A stretch of 64,000 bases of DNA from Acaryochloridaceae cyanobacterium OTE_75_metabat_521 (GCA_031387975.1 JANNDV010000008.1:1-64000); one strand, 5' to 3'. Positions 8,996 to 19,412 are shown, counted from the stretch's first letter. Numbers and translations are program-made. Notes: generated by a model not told the origin, from the sequence alone.

Positions 8996-11071
8996 ATGAA
9001 TCGTTTTTTGAGACTTGTGAAGCCGCATAACGCTCATCGGTCTTTAAAGTTTATGGCGTCAATGCTGGCTCCGTTGGCGATCGCCACAGCAATATCCCAG
9101 CCCAGCACTGCCTCACCCCCGTCTGTTAAAGCTCCCGTTACTCAGACTGTCAATCTGCCCATCGCCGCACAGCCTGCGGTTGCTGAGATGGGTTTTCTGC
9201 CATTACCGCTGATCGTTGTGCCCATTCTGCTGGGCGGTGGCATTGTTGGCATTATCTTTTTCTTTGGCCTCGTCATTGTGAGCGAGCAAGAAGTTGGCAT
9301 CGTTGTAAAGAAATTCTCAAGCAAAGGCTTACCACCCGGTCAAATTATTGCCCTCAACGGCGAAGCTGGCTATCAGGCGGATACGCTGGCACCCGGATGG
9401 CACTGGGGGTATTGGCCGCTAAAGTTTGACGTGCGCAAAGAAAAGGCGATTGTGGTGCCCCAGGGCGAAATTGCTCTGATTGTTGCGGCAGATGGACAGC
9501 CCATTCCCCCAGAGCGCCTTCTAGCAAAAGTTATCGAGTGCGACAACTTTCAGGATGCCCGTAAATTTCTGACCAAGGGTGGCGAGAAAGGGCGGCAAAT
9601 GAGTTTTCTGACCGCTGGAACCTACCGCATCAATACCGCACTCTTCACAGTCATCACAGCAGCCAACGCCAACAAAAATGGGATTGCTGCCGAACGGATG
9701 AAAATCCATACCGTTTTGCCAGATCAGGTGGGCATTGTGACCGCCTTAGATGGCACCCCCATTAGCCCTGGCGAAATTGCGGGGCCACTGGTTCCAGGTC
9801 ACGAGAATTTTCAGAATGGGCAAACATTTATTAGCAGTGGGGGGCGACGCGGACTTCAAGAACAGGTTTTGCTCTCTGGGTCTTGGAATCTCAACCCTTG
9901 GTTTGCTCAAGTTGAGCAGGTGCCCATGACCGAAATCCCCATTGGCTATGTGGGAGTTGTGATTTCCTACGTGGGGCAAGCCCATGAAGACGTGAGCGGC
10001 AGTGACTTTACCCACGGCGACTTAGTGCGTCCAGGTCATAAAGGCGTATGGACAGAACCGCTTTACCCAGGCAAGCATCCGCTCAACTCTAGAGTGATGA
10101 AGATCGAGCTGGTGCCCACCACCAATATTGTGCTCAACTGGTCTAACCGAACCGAAGGCCATCGCTACGATGACAAACTCAATACGTTGAAGGTGCGTTC
10201 TAGGGATGGGTTTGCCTTTGAGCTGCAAGTAGCTCAAATTATTCATGTGGGCGCACTGGATGCGCCCAAGGTAATCTCCCGCGTCGGCTCTATGCAAAAT
10301 CTGGTAGACCACGTTCTAGAACCCACCATCGGCAACTACTTCCGCAACTCGGCTCAAGACTACACCGTGCTAGATTTTTTAAGCGCCCGCAGCGAACGCC
10401 AGTCAGAGGCAGCGGAATACATTCGGCAGGCGTTGCGGATCTATGACGTTCAGGCGATCGATACTTTAATCGGCGAAATTCAGCCCCCCGCTGAGCTAAT
10501 GGTGACGCAGACCGAGCGCAAAATTGCCGAGGAGCAGCGCAAAACCTATGAAACCCAGCAGGCGGCGCAAACCCAGCGTCAGCAGCTTGTGCGCGAAACG
10601 GCCTTAGCCGAAATCCAGCAGGAGATGGTGAAGTCTGAGCAGAGCGTCCAGATTTCTCGACTCAAGGCCGATGCCCACGTTCAGGAAGCCACGGGCGCGG
10701 CGGAATCCACCAAACTCAGGGCGGTCGGGGAAGCCGAAGGGATTCGAGCCATTGGTCAGGCCAAAGCCGAAACCTATCGGGCTGGGGTAGAAGCGATTGG
10801 CGGACAGGGCTTTACGGCGATGCAGCTCATGCAGATTATTGGCGATCGCCAAGTTCGGCTCATCCCCGATGTGCTGGTGGGCGGCGGCGGCAATGGCGGC
10901 ACCAGCGGCGGGTTAGTCGATGGCTTACTTTCGATGCTGCTGTGGAATCAGTCCGGCAAAGACTGGCATCACCCCACGCCCAATGGTGCTGTCATCCAAG
11001 AACCCAGCGTTTTATCAGACGTTGAAATCGCGAACGTTATACCGCCGACCGAACCGATTGAGCCGACTTAA
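8996..11071 (+). CDS. SPFH/band-7 (flotillin-like) domain protein with long C-terminal coiled-coil
   Basis: 691 aa. An N-terminal TM segment is followed by an SPFH-like region (VGIVVKKFSS...VVPQGEIALI). A Q/A/E-rich coiled-coil follows (QQAAQTQRQQLVRETALAEIQQEM...), typical of flotillin/YqiK family proteins. Confidence 0.6.
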   Translation: MNRFLRLVKPHNAHRSLKFMASMLAPLAIATAISQPSTASPPSVKAPVTQTVNLPIAAQPAVAEMGFLPLPLIVVPILLGGGIVGIIFFFGLVIVSEQEVGIVVKKFSSKGLPPGQIIALNGEAGYQADTLAPGWHWGYWPLKFDVRKEKAIVVPQGEIALIVAADGQPIPPERLLAKVIECDNFQDARKFLTKGGEKGRQMSFLTAGTYRINTALFTVITAANANKNGIAAERMKIHTVLPDQVGIVTALDGTPISPGEIAGPLVPGHENFQNGQTFISSGGRRGLQEQVLLSGSWNLNPWFAQVEQVPMTEIPIGYVGVVISYVGQAHEDVSGSDFTHGDLVRPGHKGVWTEPLYPGKHPLNSRVMKIELVPTTNIVLNWSNRTEGHRYDDKLNTLKVRSRDGFAFELQVAQIIHVGALDAPKVISRVGSMQNLVDHVLEPTIGNYFRNSAQDYTVLDFLSARSERQSEAAEYIRQALRIYDVQAIDTLIGEIQPPAELMVTQTERKIAEEQRKTYETQQAAQTQRQQLVRETALAEIQQEMVKSEQSVQISRLKADAHVQEATGAAESTKLRAVGEAEGIRAIGQAKAETYRAGVEAIGGQGFTAMQLMQIIGDRQVRLIPDVLVGGGGNGGTSGGLVDGLLSMLLWNQSGKDWHHPTPNGAVIQEPSVLSDVEIANVIPPTEPIEPT

Positions 11072-11112
11072 ATCCTTTAGAAAAGTCAGTCTATTTTGGA
11101 TCTAAATACCGC

Positions 11113-11853
11113 ATGAAGCATTTGATCCCTGCCGATGCCCGTCGCACATTCCGAATTGCCACCCGCTGGCTAAAGGATGTTGCTAATGGACAGCGATCGC
11201 AGTTTGTCAAACCCGCCGCAGCCTCTGCGCTGAACGCAGGTCAACATTGGCCTGTTCAGCTAGAGCTAACTCAGGCCATTAAGGTCACAGATTTTTCTGA
11301 AAACAAAATCCATAACCTGGCTTTAGCGGCTCAATCCATTAACGACGTGATCATTACCCCCCAGCAAATCTTTTCGCTGTGGGTGTTAATTGGCGCACCC
11401 ACTCAGCAACGGGGCTACTTACCAGGGCGATCGCTTGTCAAGCAGCAGCTCCAGGCAGAATACGGCGGGGGGTTATGCCAGCTCTCGGGGTTGCTGTATC
11501 ACCTCGCGCTTATTGCAGGGTTAACCGTCTTAGAACGCCATCCCCACTCTGTGGATCTCTATACCGATGAAACTCGCTTTGCGCCCCTCGGCTCCGACGC
11601 AACGGTGGTTTACGGGTATAAAGACTTTCGATTTGTCAATTCGCTGCCTCAGCCTATTCGCGTACAGATTGTAGTGGGGACAGACTTTGTGACGGGGCAG
11701 ATCTGTGGGGAAGGGGTGATCGCAGAACATCAGATTGAGTTTATTTCTCAACCTTCTGAACATGGCGTTACCGTCGAGACAATTCAGCGATGTTTTGGCA
11801 GTGAAAAGCCCTTGAGCTTAGGTAAATCCTGCTACCAAAAACCATCACAGTAA
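11113..11853 (+). CDS. VanW-like domain protein
   Basis: 246 aa. GGGLCQLSGLLYHLALIAGLTVLERHPHSVDLY matches the conserved core of VanW family proteins (GGGVCQ.S..LY.A...GL...R..H). Confidence 0.55.
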   Translation: MKHLIPADARRTFRIATRWLKDVANGQRSQFVKPAAASALNAGQHWPVQLELTQAIKVTDFSENKIHNLALAAQSINDVIITPQQIFSLWVLIGAPTQQRGYLPGRSLVKQQLQAEYGGGLCQLSGLLYHLALIAGLTVLERHPHSVDLYTDETRFAPLGSDATVVYGYKDFRFVNSLPQPIRVQIVVGTDFVTGQICGEGVIAEHQIEFISQPSEHGVTVETIQRCFGSEKPLSLGKSCYQKPSQ

Positions 11854-13122
11854 ATGAACATAGGATAAATTTTGAGCGCTAAAGTGCGCAGTCCAAGCCA
11901 GATTAAGCTTCTCTAAACAGCGAACTAACCAGTCTACAGATCCACGGGCTTGTAGCTCATAGTGCTGAAACAGAAGAGATATCCGCCGTTCTAAATAAGG
12001 CTTCACCTTATTGCAGAGCAGCACGACCTTTAGCAGCAGCCCTACGGTTACGGTAGACCCTAAATTATTTAATAAATCCATAAACACAGAGTGATTGGGC
12101 CGCTGCTTACTTTCAATCACCATAAAATTGAGCACCTGATTGCAGGTGCGCACCAACAGAAAATCATTCATCGCAGCAGTATTACTCTCGGGGTGAAGGC
12201 TATTGAGATACCCCCGAAACTGATCATTAAATCGGCACTGCCCAAACTTTGACGGAATGCTGCTGGCAATATAATCGGTCAACTCCACCTTAAAACGGCC
12301 ATAGGTTTGAGGCTGCTCCCCTGGCATCCAAAACTGCTGCGCCATATCTTTATAGGTGCCGCGCGAGTCTACTTTTGCGACGTAGTGCTTTAGGCTTGAG
12401 CACATATCTTGGTGGGTCAACAGCGTCGGGTTCTTTGAGGGTTCTGTAGAGATAACTTGCCGCTGCTTTTCTTTATTGATCATCGAATACGTTAGATAGC
12501 TAGATAAATCCTGCTGAAACTTCTGACTCGCATTGCGTTGGGTCACGACAATCAGTTTTTGGTAGTCTTCGCCATCATCTTGATTGGTTAGACAGTGCGG
12601 GTAAAGATACGGATAACGGTGCAGAAGGGTAGATAAAGGTCGCTGTTTATCAGCATCGTTATTCGGGTTTAGCAGGTCAGCTAACTGGCGAATCCGCTGA
12701 AAGTAGGGGCTTCGCACATACTCATGCACCGAAAACCGTAGGCGTCCGGCTGGGCTGGGCTGTCCGCTAATCACTGATGCGCCACGGCATTGGTGGAGGA
12801 GATCAACTAACGCTACGATGGCCTCTCGATGGAGAACATTCATCTGCCAGCGGTTGATCAAGATAAAGCAGCAGCGGTTAAAAAACGGCTGAAAACTATG
12901 CCTTAGGTTCCCACCTCGCATGAGTTCATGCAGGGTCGTGCGGATGCTGGGTTCAGGGTACATTCCACCCTGAACAAACAAAAGTTGAAATCGCTGGAGT
13001 ACCTGTTCTGGCAACTCCGTACGGACGCACTGGAGCAAATGATCATAGATGTCTTGCTCTAGCGCTTCAACAGATCGATGGGTATGAGTGTCTAAGACGT
13101 TCACGGCAGTTTCCACCGTCAC
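11845..13122 (-). CDS. Hypothetical protein, no recognisable family
   Basis: 425-aa ORF in a coding-like context. It is soluble, and Cys/His residues are scattered through it. No motif that I can assign. Confidence 0.4.
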   Translation of the reverse strand: MTVETAVNVLDTHTHRSVEALEQDIYDHLLQCVRTELPEQVLQRFQLLFVQGGMYPEPSIRTTLHELMRGGNLRHSFQPFFNRCCFILINRWQMNVLHREAIVALVDLLHQCRGASVISGQPSPAGRLRFSVHEYVRSPYFQRIRQLADLLNPNNDADKQRPLSTLLHRYPYLYPHCLTNQDDGEDYQKLIVVTQRNASQKFQQDLSSYLTYSMINKEKQRQVISTEPSKNPTLLTHQDMCSSLKHYVAKVDSRGTYKDMAQQFWMPGEQPQTYGRFKVELTDYIASSIPSKFGQCRFNDQFRGYLNSLHPESNTAAMNDFLLVRTCNQVLNFMVIESKQRPNHSVFMDLLNNLGSTVTVGLLLKVVLLCNKVKPYLERRISLLFQHYELQARGSVDWLVRCLEKLNLAWTAHFSAQNLSYVHLL

Positions 13123-13418
13123 TGTAACGAAGGGTTTATAACTAATTAAGGCTTCGCTGTCAGAGAATAACTTACTTCAAATGGCTCTAAAGAGATTTCA
13201 CTTGGGTAGAGTCTTAGTCGTAAAACGAACCTAATCTAGAGTGCCCTTCTGATTTCCCATTTCTTACATTCACCTCAATTTAATTTTCAAAGAGATAAAT
13301 AGTGAAAAAGACACGGTGTACAAAGAGACATATGCTACAAAGAGACACGGAGTGTGACGAACTGCTGCAACCCTGTAATGGTCAGTAACGTACCGTCATA
13401 AAATGAAAATGCCCAATC

Positions 13419-14354
13419 TTGTGCAGAACGACCCGTTTGAGCAGCATAACGACAGAAGCACTCCCCCTTTCTAGACGTAAGCTATGGCTGGCAGCGATTA
13501 AGCCACCCATGTATAGCGTTGCTGTGGTGCCAATTTGGGTGGGCACTGCGATCGCCGCACACCAAGGGGCGACTCCACATCACATCAATGGCTGGATTGC
13601 CTCAACGTTTTTGCTCTCTGCCATCAGCATTGTGGCCTGGAGTAATGTCAGTAACGATGTCTACGACGCGGAAACCGGAATTGATCAAAACAAGCACCAT
13701 TCGTTGGTAAACCTGACGGGCAATCGCCCCCTTATGTTTTGGATCGGCAATACTTTACTCGCGCTGGGCGTGCTGGGCATTGTGGCAATTTCTGTCATGC
13801 AACAAGACCTCACGGTACTGGGGCTGGTACTGCTGTGCTGTTGTTTGGGCTATCTCTATCAAGGGCCACCGTTCCGGTTGGGGTATAAAGGCTTAGGCGA
13901 ATTTTTGTGCTTTTTTGCCTATGGGCCATTAGCACTCTCGGCGGTGTACTACAGCCAAACGAAAGGCTGGTCAGCGACTGTTCTGTGCGCCTCTGTGTTT
14001 TTGGGCATTATCACCAGCATCATTTTGTTTTGTTCCCATTTTCATCAGGTCGAAGATGACATTGCCGCAGGGAAGCGATCGCCCATCGTCCGTCTGGGCA
14101 CAAAGCGCGGTGCAGCTTTACTGCCGTGGCTCTGTGGTACCGCCTATGCTTCAGTCCTGCTATCTGTGATTTTTGGGTTTATGCCCGTGGGTTCTCTCCT
14201 CACCTTGGGCAGTTTGCCGTTTGCCGTTAAGCTGTGTCAGTTTGTCGGGCAATACCACGACCAACCCCAGCGCGTTAATAACTGTAAATTTATTGCCGTG
14301 GCGCTACATTTTTGGAGTGGGCTGCTGCTGGGGCTAAGCTTTTTGGTACTATGA
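13419..14354 (+). CDS. menA: 1,4-dihydroxy-2-naphthoate phytyl/prenyltransferase (UbiA superfamily)
   Basis: Polytopic membrane protein. NVSNDVYDAETGIDQNKHH is the MenA-type Asp-rich prenyl-diphosphate binding motif (NDxxDxxxG.D). An OSB synthase gene follows. Confidence 0.8.
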   Translation: MCRTTRLSSITTEALPLSRRKLWLAAIKPPMYSVAVVPIWVGTAIAAHQGATPHHINGWIASTFLLSAISIVAWSNVSNDVYDAETGIDQNKHHSLVNLTGNRPLMFWIGNTLLALGVLGIVAISVMQQDLTVLGLVLLCCCLGYLYQGPPFRLGYKGLGEFLCFFAYGPLALSAVYYSQTKGWSATVLCASVFLGIITSIILFCSHFHQVEDDIAAGKRSPIVRLGTKRGAALLPWLCGTAYASVLLSVIFGFMPVGSLLTLGSLPFAVKLCQFVGQYHDQPQRVNNCKFIAVALHFWSGLLLGLSFLVL

Positions 14355-15271
14355 GCGGCTATCGCTTGCTGCTCAAGCCCTATGAATGGGAATTTGAGCA
14401 GCCCCTTCGAACCCATCATGGGCGATGGAAAGTCCGGCAAGGACTGATCATTGGTCTTGAGCGGGAGGATGGTGTGATCGGCTGGGGAGAGATTGCGCCT
14501 ATTCCTTGGTTTGGCACAGAAACCTTGGCAGCGGCGATCGCCTTTTGCCAAACCCTTCCCGTTCTGCTTACAGAAGCAGACATTCTTTGCGTCCCCAACG
14601 CTTTGCCAGCCTGTCAGTTTGGGTTTGGCAGCGCCTGGGAATCTTTTTCTACGCCGCCATCTGCCATAGAACTTAAGCCTTCGCAGGTCAGCGCGCTGCT
14701 GCCTGCGGGGACGGCGGCACTCTCCAATTGGTCTGCCCTTTGGGAAAAAGGGCACCGTACTTTTAAATGGAAGATTGGGGTTTTAGACGTGCCACAAGAG
14801 TTAGAGCTGTTCCAACAATTAGCGACAGCATTGCCCAAAGATGCAAAACTACGCCTAGATGCAAACGGTGGCCTGACGTTAGAACAGGCGAAGCAGTGGC
14901 TAGAGACCTGCGATCGCAGTTCCCGTCTCAGCATCGAATATCTAGAGCAGCCACTCCCACCCGATCAGTTTGAAGCGATGACGCAACTTGCTCAAGCCTA
15001 CAGAACCCCGCTGGCTCTGGATGAATCTGTAGCAACGGTGGCTCAACTTCAGCAGTGTCATGCGCGTGGATGGCGTGGGGTGATGGTAGTTAAGGCGGCG
15101 ATCGCCGGATATCCTCAAGCGCTTAGAGATTTCCTCAATACCCATACAGTAGACGTGGTCTTTTCTTCTGTCTTTGAAACTAAGGTGGGTCGCAGGGCAG
15201 CATTGGCATTAGCCCAAGCCCTTAACGCGAGCGATAGAGCCATTGGATTTGGGGGTGAATCGAAGCTTTAG
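14351..15271 (+). CDS. menC: o-Succinylbenzoate synthase (enolase superfamily)
   Basis: YRLLLKPYEWEFEQPLRTHHGRWKVRQGLIIGLEREDGVIGWGEIAP is a MenC-like N-terminal capping/barrel domain. It overlaps menA, so translational coupling is likely. The probable start is the MSGYRLL at 14351 rather than the ORF-track start. Confidence 0.7.
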   Translation: MSGYRLLLKPYEWEFEQPLRTHHGRWKVRQGLIIGLEREDGVIGWGEIAPIPWFGTETLAAAIAFCQTLPVLLTEADILCVPNALPACQFGFGSAWESFSTPPSAIELKPSQVSALLPAGTAALSNWSALWEKGHRTFKWKIGVLDVPQELELFQQLATALPKDAKLRLDANGGLTLEQAKQWLETCDRSSRLSIEYLEQPLPPDQFEAMTQLAQAYRTPLALDESVATVAQLQQCHARGWRGVMVVKAAIAGYPQALRDFLNTHTVDVVFSSVFETKVGRRAALALAQALNASDRAIGFGGESKL

Positions 15272-15389
15272 GGTGATTTTCTAAAAATAGGACTTTGGGG
15301 GATTAAGCCTTGTTTATGACGCTCGCGCTACAATCAAGACTACTTAATGTCGCTGGATTGTATCCAGCATTTCACTGTTGTTTTAACGA

Positions 15390-16256
15390 TTGTGCATAAT
15401 GTGGCCGTTTAAATCCGCTGCTCGAAAACAAATTGCCAAAATTGAAGTAAAAGGGGCGATCGCCGGAGGAACCCGAACCTCAGTCCTCAAAGCCCTCAAG
15501 ACCGTCGAAGAAAAACAGTATCCCGTCTTGCTGCTGCGGATTGATAGCCCTGGTGGCACCGTCGTTGACTCCCACGAAATTTATAGCGCCCTCAAACGGC
15601 TCCAAAAAAAGGTCAAAATTGTCGCCAGTTTTGGCAATATTTCGGCCTCTGGTGGCGTTTATATCGGCATGGGTGCCCAGCACATCATGTCAAACCCAGG
15701 CACCATTACGGGCAGCATTGGCGTAATTTTGCGGGGCAATAACCTAGAGCGGCTGCTCGAAAAAGTAGGCGTGTCTTTTAAGGTGATTAAATCTGGCCCC
15801 TACAAAGATATTTTGGCCTTTGACCGCGAACTCACCGAGCCAGAACAGCACATCCTGCAAGACCTGATTGACACCACCTACGGACAGTTTGTCCAAACCG
15901 TCGCTGAAGCCCGAAAACTAGAGATAGACGCAGTCAAAAGCTTTGCCGATGGACGCGTTTTTACAGGTCAACAGGCGCTTGACCTTGGGCTAGTCGATCG
16001 CCTGGGCACCGAAGAAGACGCACGATGTTGGGCCGCAGAGCTAGCGGGTCTAGATCCAGACAAAGTTAAGTGCATAGACATTGAAGACCCCAAGCCGTTT
16101 TGGAGCCGCTTTATCCCAGGGAACCAGAGCGCTAAGACTTTAGATCTTGCAATACCCATGACAATAATACCCGTTGAAATGCAAACTTGGCTCAACTTTG
16201 AAATGGCTTCTAATGGGTTGCCATTGTGGATGTATCACCCGTCTGGACGTCTATAA
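15390..16256 (+). CDS. sppA: Signal peptide peptidase SppA (36K type, ClpP/crotonase fold)
   Basis: 288 aa. LLRIDSPGGTVVDSHEIYSALKRL...ISASGGVYIGMGAQ carries the catalytic Ser-containing motif of SppA/protease IV. Confidence 0.8.
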   Translation: MCIMWPFKSAARKQIAKIEVKGAIAGGTRTSVLKALKTVEEKQYPVLLLRIDSPGGTVVDSHEIYSALKRLQKKVKIVASFGNISASGGVYIGMGAQHIMSNPGTITGSIGVILRGNNLERLLEKVGVSFKVIKSGPYKDILAFDRELTEPEQHILQDLIDTTYGQFVQTVAEARKLEIDAVKSFADGRVFTGQQALDLGLVDRLGTEEDARCWAAELAGLDPDKVKCIDIEDPKPFWSRFIPGNQSAKTLDLAIPMTIIPVEMQTWLNFEMASNGLPLWMYHPSGRL

Positions 16257-16391
16257 ATTAATTAGGACGTCTACAGATAGGACAGATGTAGAATAGACTC
16301 TGAACCGCCCCCCGTAAGATGTCAAGTTTGCTAACAGGATGCAGATAGCGGCCTTATTCTGGGGCATGATGAACCTAAGGAGGATGCTGTA

Positions 16392-16796
16392 GTGACCTGG
16401 AAAGTAAAGGCAATTCGTGGGGCAACCACTGCCACTGAAAATTCAATGGCGGCCATTCGAGAAGTTGTACACGAACTCCTCGACGAGATCGAGGCTCGTA
16501 ATGACCTGGATTTGTCTGAGGTGGTGAACGTGACGTTTTCTGTTACGCGAGATTTAGATCGGGTTTTTCCGGCGGCGATCGCCCGTCAGCGCTCCCATTG
16601 GCAAAGTGTGCCGTTACTAGACGTACAGCAGATGTACGTCATCACCGATTTGCCCTACTGCATACGGTGCCTCATTCAGTTCAATACGCCAGATCCTGCC
16701 CTTGAAGTTCAGCATGTGTATCTACGGCAAGCCAAAACCTTAAGACCTGATCGCAGTCTTTCAGAAGCGGGTCTTAGTGCTGCTACAGCAGGGTAG
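16392..16796 (+). CDS. aroH: Chorismate mutase, AroH class
   Basis: 134 aa. VKAIRGATTATENSMAAIREVVHELLDEIEARNDL...VVNVTFSVTRDLDRVFPAAIAR matches the B. subtilis-type AroH (IRGIRGATT...ATPDL.AVFPA). GTG start with a strong SD AAGGAGGA upstream. Confidence 0.75.
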   Translation: MTWKVKAIRGATTATENSMAAIREVVHELLDEIEARNDLDLSEVVNVTFSVTRDLDRVFPAAIARQRSHWQSVPLLDVQQMYVITDLPYCIRCLIQFNTPDPALEVQHVYLRQAKTLRPDRSLSEAGLSAATAG

Positions 16797-16849
16797 CATT
16801 GCGAATCAAACGCATCAGCAGCCTTTTTATCTAGTACCGGAGAAAATTT

Positions 16850-17335
16850 ATGTCCATCACAACTGCTCTCGTGAAGGATTTTATGACTCCTAACCCCGTG
16901 GTGATTCAGCCCACGGAATCGGTTGAGGCGGCCATTCAGCTGATGGAAGAACGTCGCATTAGTGGACTGCCTGTCACGAACGATCAGGGAAAGGTCATTG
17001 GCATTCTGTCAGAAGGCGATTTGTTGGTGAGAGAGTCGCCCGTGCAGCCGCCGCTGTATATGACGCTGTTGGGCAGCATTATTTATTTTGAATCGCCGCT
17101 ACACTTTCATCAGCACATGAAAAAGGCGCTCGGGATGTTTGTCCAAGATGCCATGACAGAAAACCCAGTTACCATTGGCCCTAATGCGCCATTGGCAGAT
17201 GCCGCACATCTCATGCTAGATAAGAAAGTGAATCGCTTACCCGTTGTGGATGAACAGCAAAAGCTGATTGGCATTCTCACCCGTCATGACCTATTATTTG
17301 CGCTAAAGCCCCAGGCTGAGGTCAAAAATCGCTAA
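16850..17335 (+). CDS. CBS domain pair protein
   Basis: 161 aa with two CBS repeats (FMTPNPVVIQP...ISGLPVTN; AMTENPVTIGP...VNRLPVVD). Confidence 0.75.
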   Translation: MSITTALVKDFMTPNPVVIQPTESVEAAIQLMEERRISGLPVTNDQGKVIGILSEGDLLVRESPVQPPLYMTLLGSIIYFESPLHFHQHMKKALGMFVQDAMTENPVTIGPNAPLADAAHLMLDKKVNRLPVVDEQQKLIGILTRHDLLFALKPQAEVKNR

Positions 17336-17718
17336 CCCAGAGACTTTTCAGGCGTACTTTTAATGAGATTCCAGCCCTTGTTGTCGGCGATCGCCTGATT
17401 GAGTTTTTCGTACATTTGATAGCAGTGGTTGTTAGCCTGGAGCGGCAATTCTTCATTTTTGACCACCACGCTAAGGTGCGTAATATCTTGGGTGGCGCGG
17501 GTGCTGTCTACAAAAATTTCGACGGTCACAAGCCTAGAAAACGGGATGTTTCCAGGTGTTTCCCTTGCCACCACAAAATCTTCTTTGAAATAGAGAACTT
17601 CAAAGCTACAGGCTTTCAATACCTCTTTGACTTGCTCGTAGAATTGGCTGAGGGGAACAGCCACGGTTAAATCATGCGTGTATCGAGCCATACTCAAACT
17701 TTGAGTTAAAAACGCCAT
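17332..17718 (-). CDS. Hypothetical protein
   Basis: 128-aa ORF convergent with the CBS gene. No family assignable. Confidence 0.35.
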   Translation of the reverse strand: MAFLTQSLSMARYTHDLTVAVPLSQFYEQVKEVLKACSFEVLYFKEDFVVARETPGNIPFSRLVTVEIFVDSTRATQDITHLSVVVKNEELPLQANNHCYQMYEKLNQAIADNKGWNLIKSTPEKSLG

Positions 17719-17772
17719 CTATTTTGCCTATGATACTCAATATTGATCGGCGTTTTATAATTTGAGGCAGAG

Positions 17773-18501
17773 ATGGACGTGCGAAGGGGACGGTTCATCG
17801 TTTTTGAAGGGACGGAAGGCGCAGGTAAATCAACGCAACTGAAGCGTTTAAAGCAGTGGTTGGCAGACAGCGGATGGCTTCACCATTTGCAGCAGTTTTT
17901 GCCACCAGAAGTATCGCCCGTCTTGGTCACGCGAGAGCCAGGGGGAACCGACTTAGGCCAGCGACTGCGACTCCTGTTACTAGATAGTTCTCTTACTGAA
18001 GCACAGGGGCTACCCAGCATTACAGAACTGCTGCTGTATGCCGCCGATCGCGCTCAGCATGTCTTCACCACCCTCAACCCTGCCCTAGAGAAAGGCACGC
18101 TGATTTTGTGCGATCGCTATACTGCCTCTACGGTGGCCTACCAAGGCTACGGGCGAGCCTTGGATCTCGCCCTGATTCAGCAGCTCAATGCGATCGCCAC
18201 CTGTGGTCTAACCCCCGATCTCACCCTTTGGTTAGACTTAGATGTTGAGCAGGGTCTACGTCGCGCCCGTCAGCGTCAGCCTAAAGTATTAGAACTCGCA
18301 GGCGCAGATCGGATGGAAGCGGCTGACTTGGCCTTTCATCAGCGGGTGCAGCAGGGCTTTGCCGCTCAAGCAAAGGCCAACCCTCAGCACATGATCCGGA
18401 TTGAGGCAGGATGCTCAGAAGATCAGGTGGCAGCACAAATTCAAACGATGATGGAGCAGTATTTACAGCAATGGTATCCGCAGCCTTTAACGACCTTGTA
18501 G
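17773..18501 (+). CDS. tmk: Thymidylate kinase
   Basis: GRFIVFEGTEGAGKSTQ P-loop, a DRY-like motif (LCDRYTAST) and lid-region Arg residues. Confidence 0.85.
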   Translation: MDVRRGRFIVFEGTEGAGKSTQLKRLKQWLADSGWLHHLQQFLPPEVSPVLVTREPGGTDLGQRLRLLLLDSSLTEAQGLPSITELLLYAADRAQHVFTTLNPALEKGTLILCDRYTASTVAYQGYGRALDLALIQQLNAIATCGLTPDLTLWLDLDVEQGLRRARQRQPKVLELAGADRMEAADLAFHQRVQQGFAAQAKANPQHMIRIEAGCSEDQVAAQIQTMMEQYLQQWYPQPLTTL

Positions 18502-19412
18502 AGCAAACCCAGGCCGCTGAACTGCTGACTCAGGCCATTGAACGCGATCGCATTGCACCTGCCTACCTTTTTGTCGGCCCAGAGGGCGTGGGGCGCAAGC
18601 GAGCCGCCCGTTTTTTCTTAGATGCCTTACTTGGGCAGTCGCCGCCGTCATCAGCTAGGGGACGCGCCTCCCAAGACAACCATCCCGATATTCTTTGGGT
18701 AGAGCCAACCTATCAGCATCAGGGCAAAGCCATGAGTGCAGCGGCGTTGATTGAAAAAGGCGTTGCGCTCCCAAAGGGTCGCCCTCAAGTGCGCTTAGAG
18801 CAAATCCGCAGTATCACCCGCTTTGTGAGCCAAGCGCCCATGGAAGCACCGCGTTTGCTCGTCATTTTAGATGAAGCACAAACCATGGGGGAATCTGCCG
18901 CCAATGGGCTGCTCAAAACCTTAGAAGAGCCTGGAAACTGCACGTTGATTTTGATTGCCCCCAGCGTGGATTCCCTCTTGCCGACGATCGTATCCCGATG
19001 CCAGCGCATTCCGTTTCGTCGGTTGAGCGCTGAGGGATTAAGTGCGGTGCTGCAACGGCTAGAACTGCATGAGATTTTAGCCCATCGCCCCATTTTGACA
19101 ATGGCGCAGGGCAGCCCAGGTTGCGCTATCCAGTATTGGGAAAAATTACAGGCCATTCCGGCTGAAGTGTTAACAGCCTGCCAAACCCCTCCTTCCACCG
19201 CTAGCAGTTGCCTTGCCTTGGCACGAGAGATTGATAAAGCCCTTGAGCTTGAGTCTCAGCTTTGGCTGTTAGATTACCTCCAGCAGCAATACTGGGATGC
19301 CGGCTTAACGGCCTCGCTTGCGCCCTTAGAGCAGGCTAAGGCCTATCTGATACAGTATGTTCAGTCTCAATTGGTTTGGGAGGTCACGTTGTTGAAGCTA
19401 GCAAACCTTTAG
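18471..19412 (+). CDS. holB: DNA polymerase III delta-prime subunit
   Basis: RIAPAYLFVGPEGVGRKRAARFFLDALL is an AAA+ clamp-loader N-terminus, and SRCQRIPFRRL is sensor-1-like. It overlaps the tmk 3-prime end, a gene pairing conserved in cyanobacteria. The start is uncertain; the ORF track begins at 18411. Confidence 0.75.
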   Translation: MVSAAFNDLVEQTQAAELLTQAIERDRIAPAYLFVGPEGVGRKRAARFFLDALLGQSPPSSARGRASQDNHPDILWVEPTYQHQGKAMSAAALIEKGVALPKGRPQVRLEQIRSITRFVSQAPMEAPRLLVILDEAQTMGESAANGLLKTLEEPGNCTLILIAPSVDSLLPTIVSRCQRIPFRRLSAEGLSAVLQRLELHEILAHRPILTMAQGSPGCAIQYWEKLQAIPAEVLTACQTPPSTASSCLALAREIDKALELESQLWLLDYLQQQYWDAGLTASLAPLEQAKAYLIQYVQSQLVWEVTLLKLANL

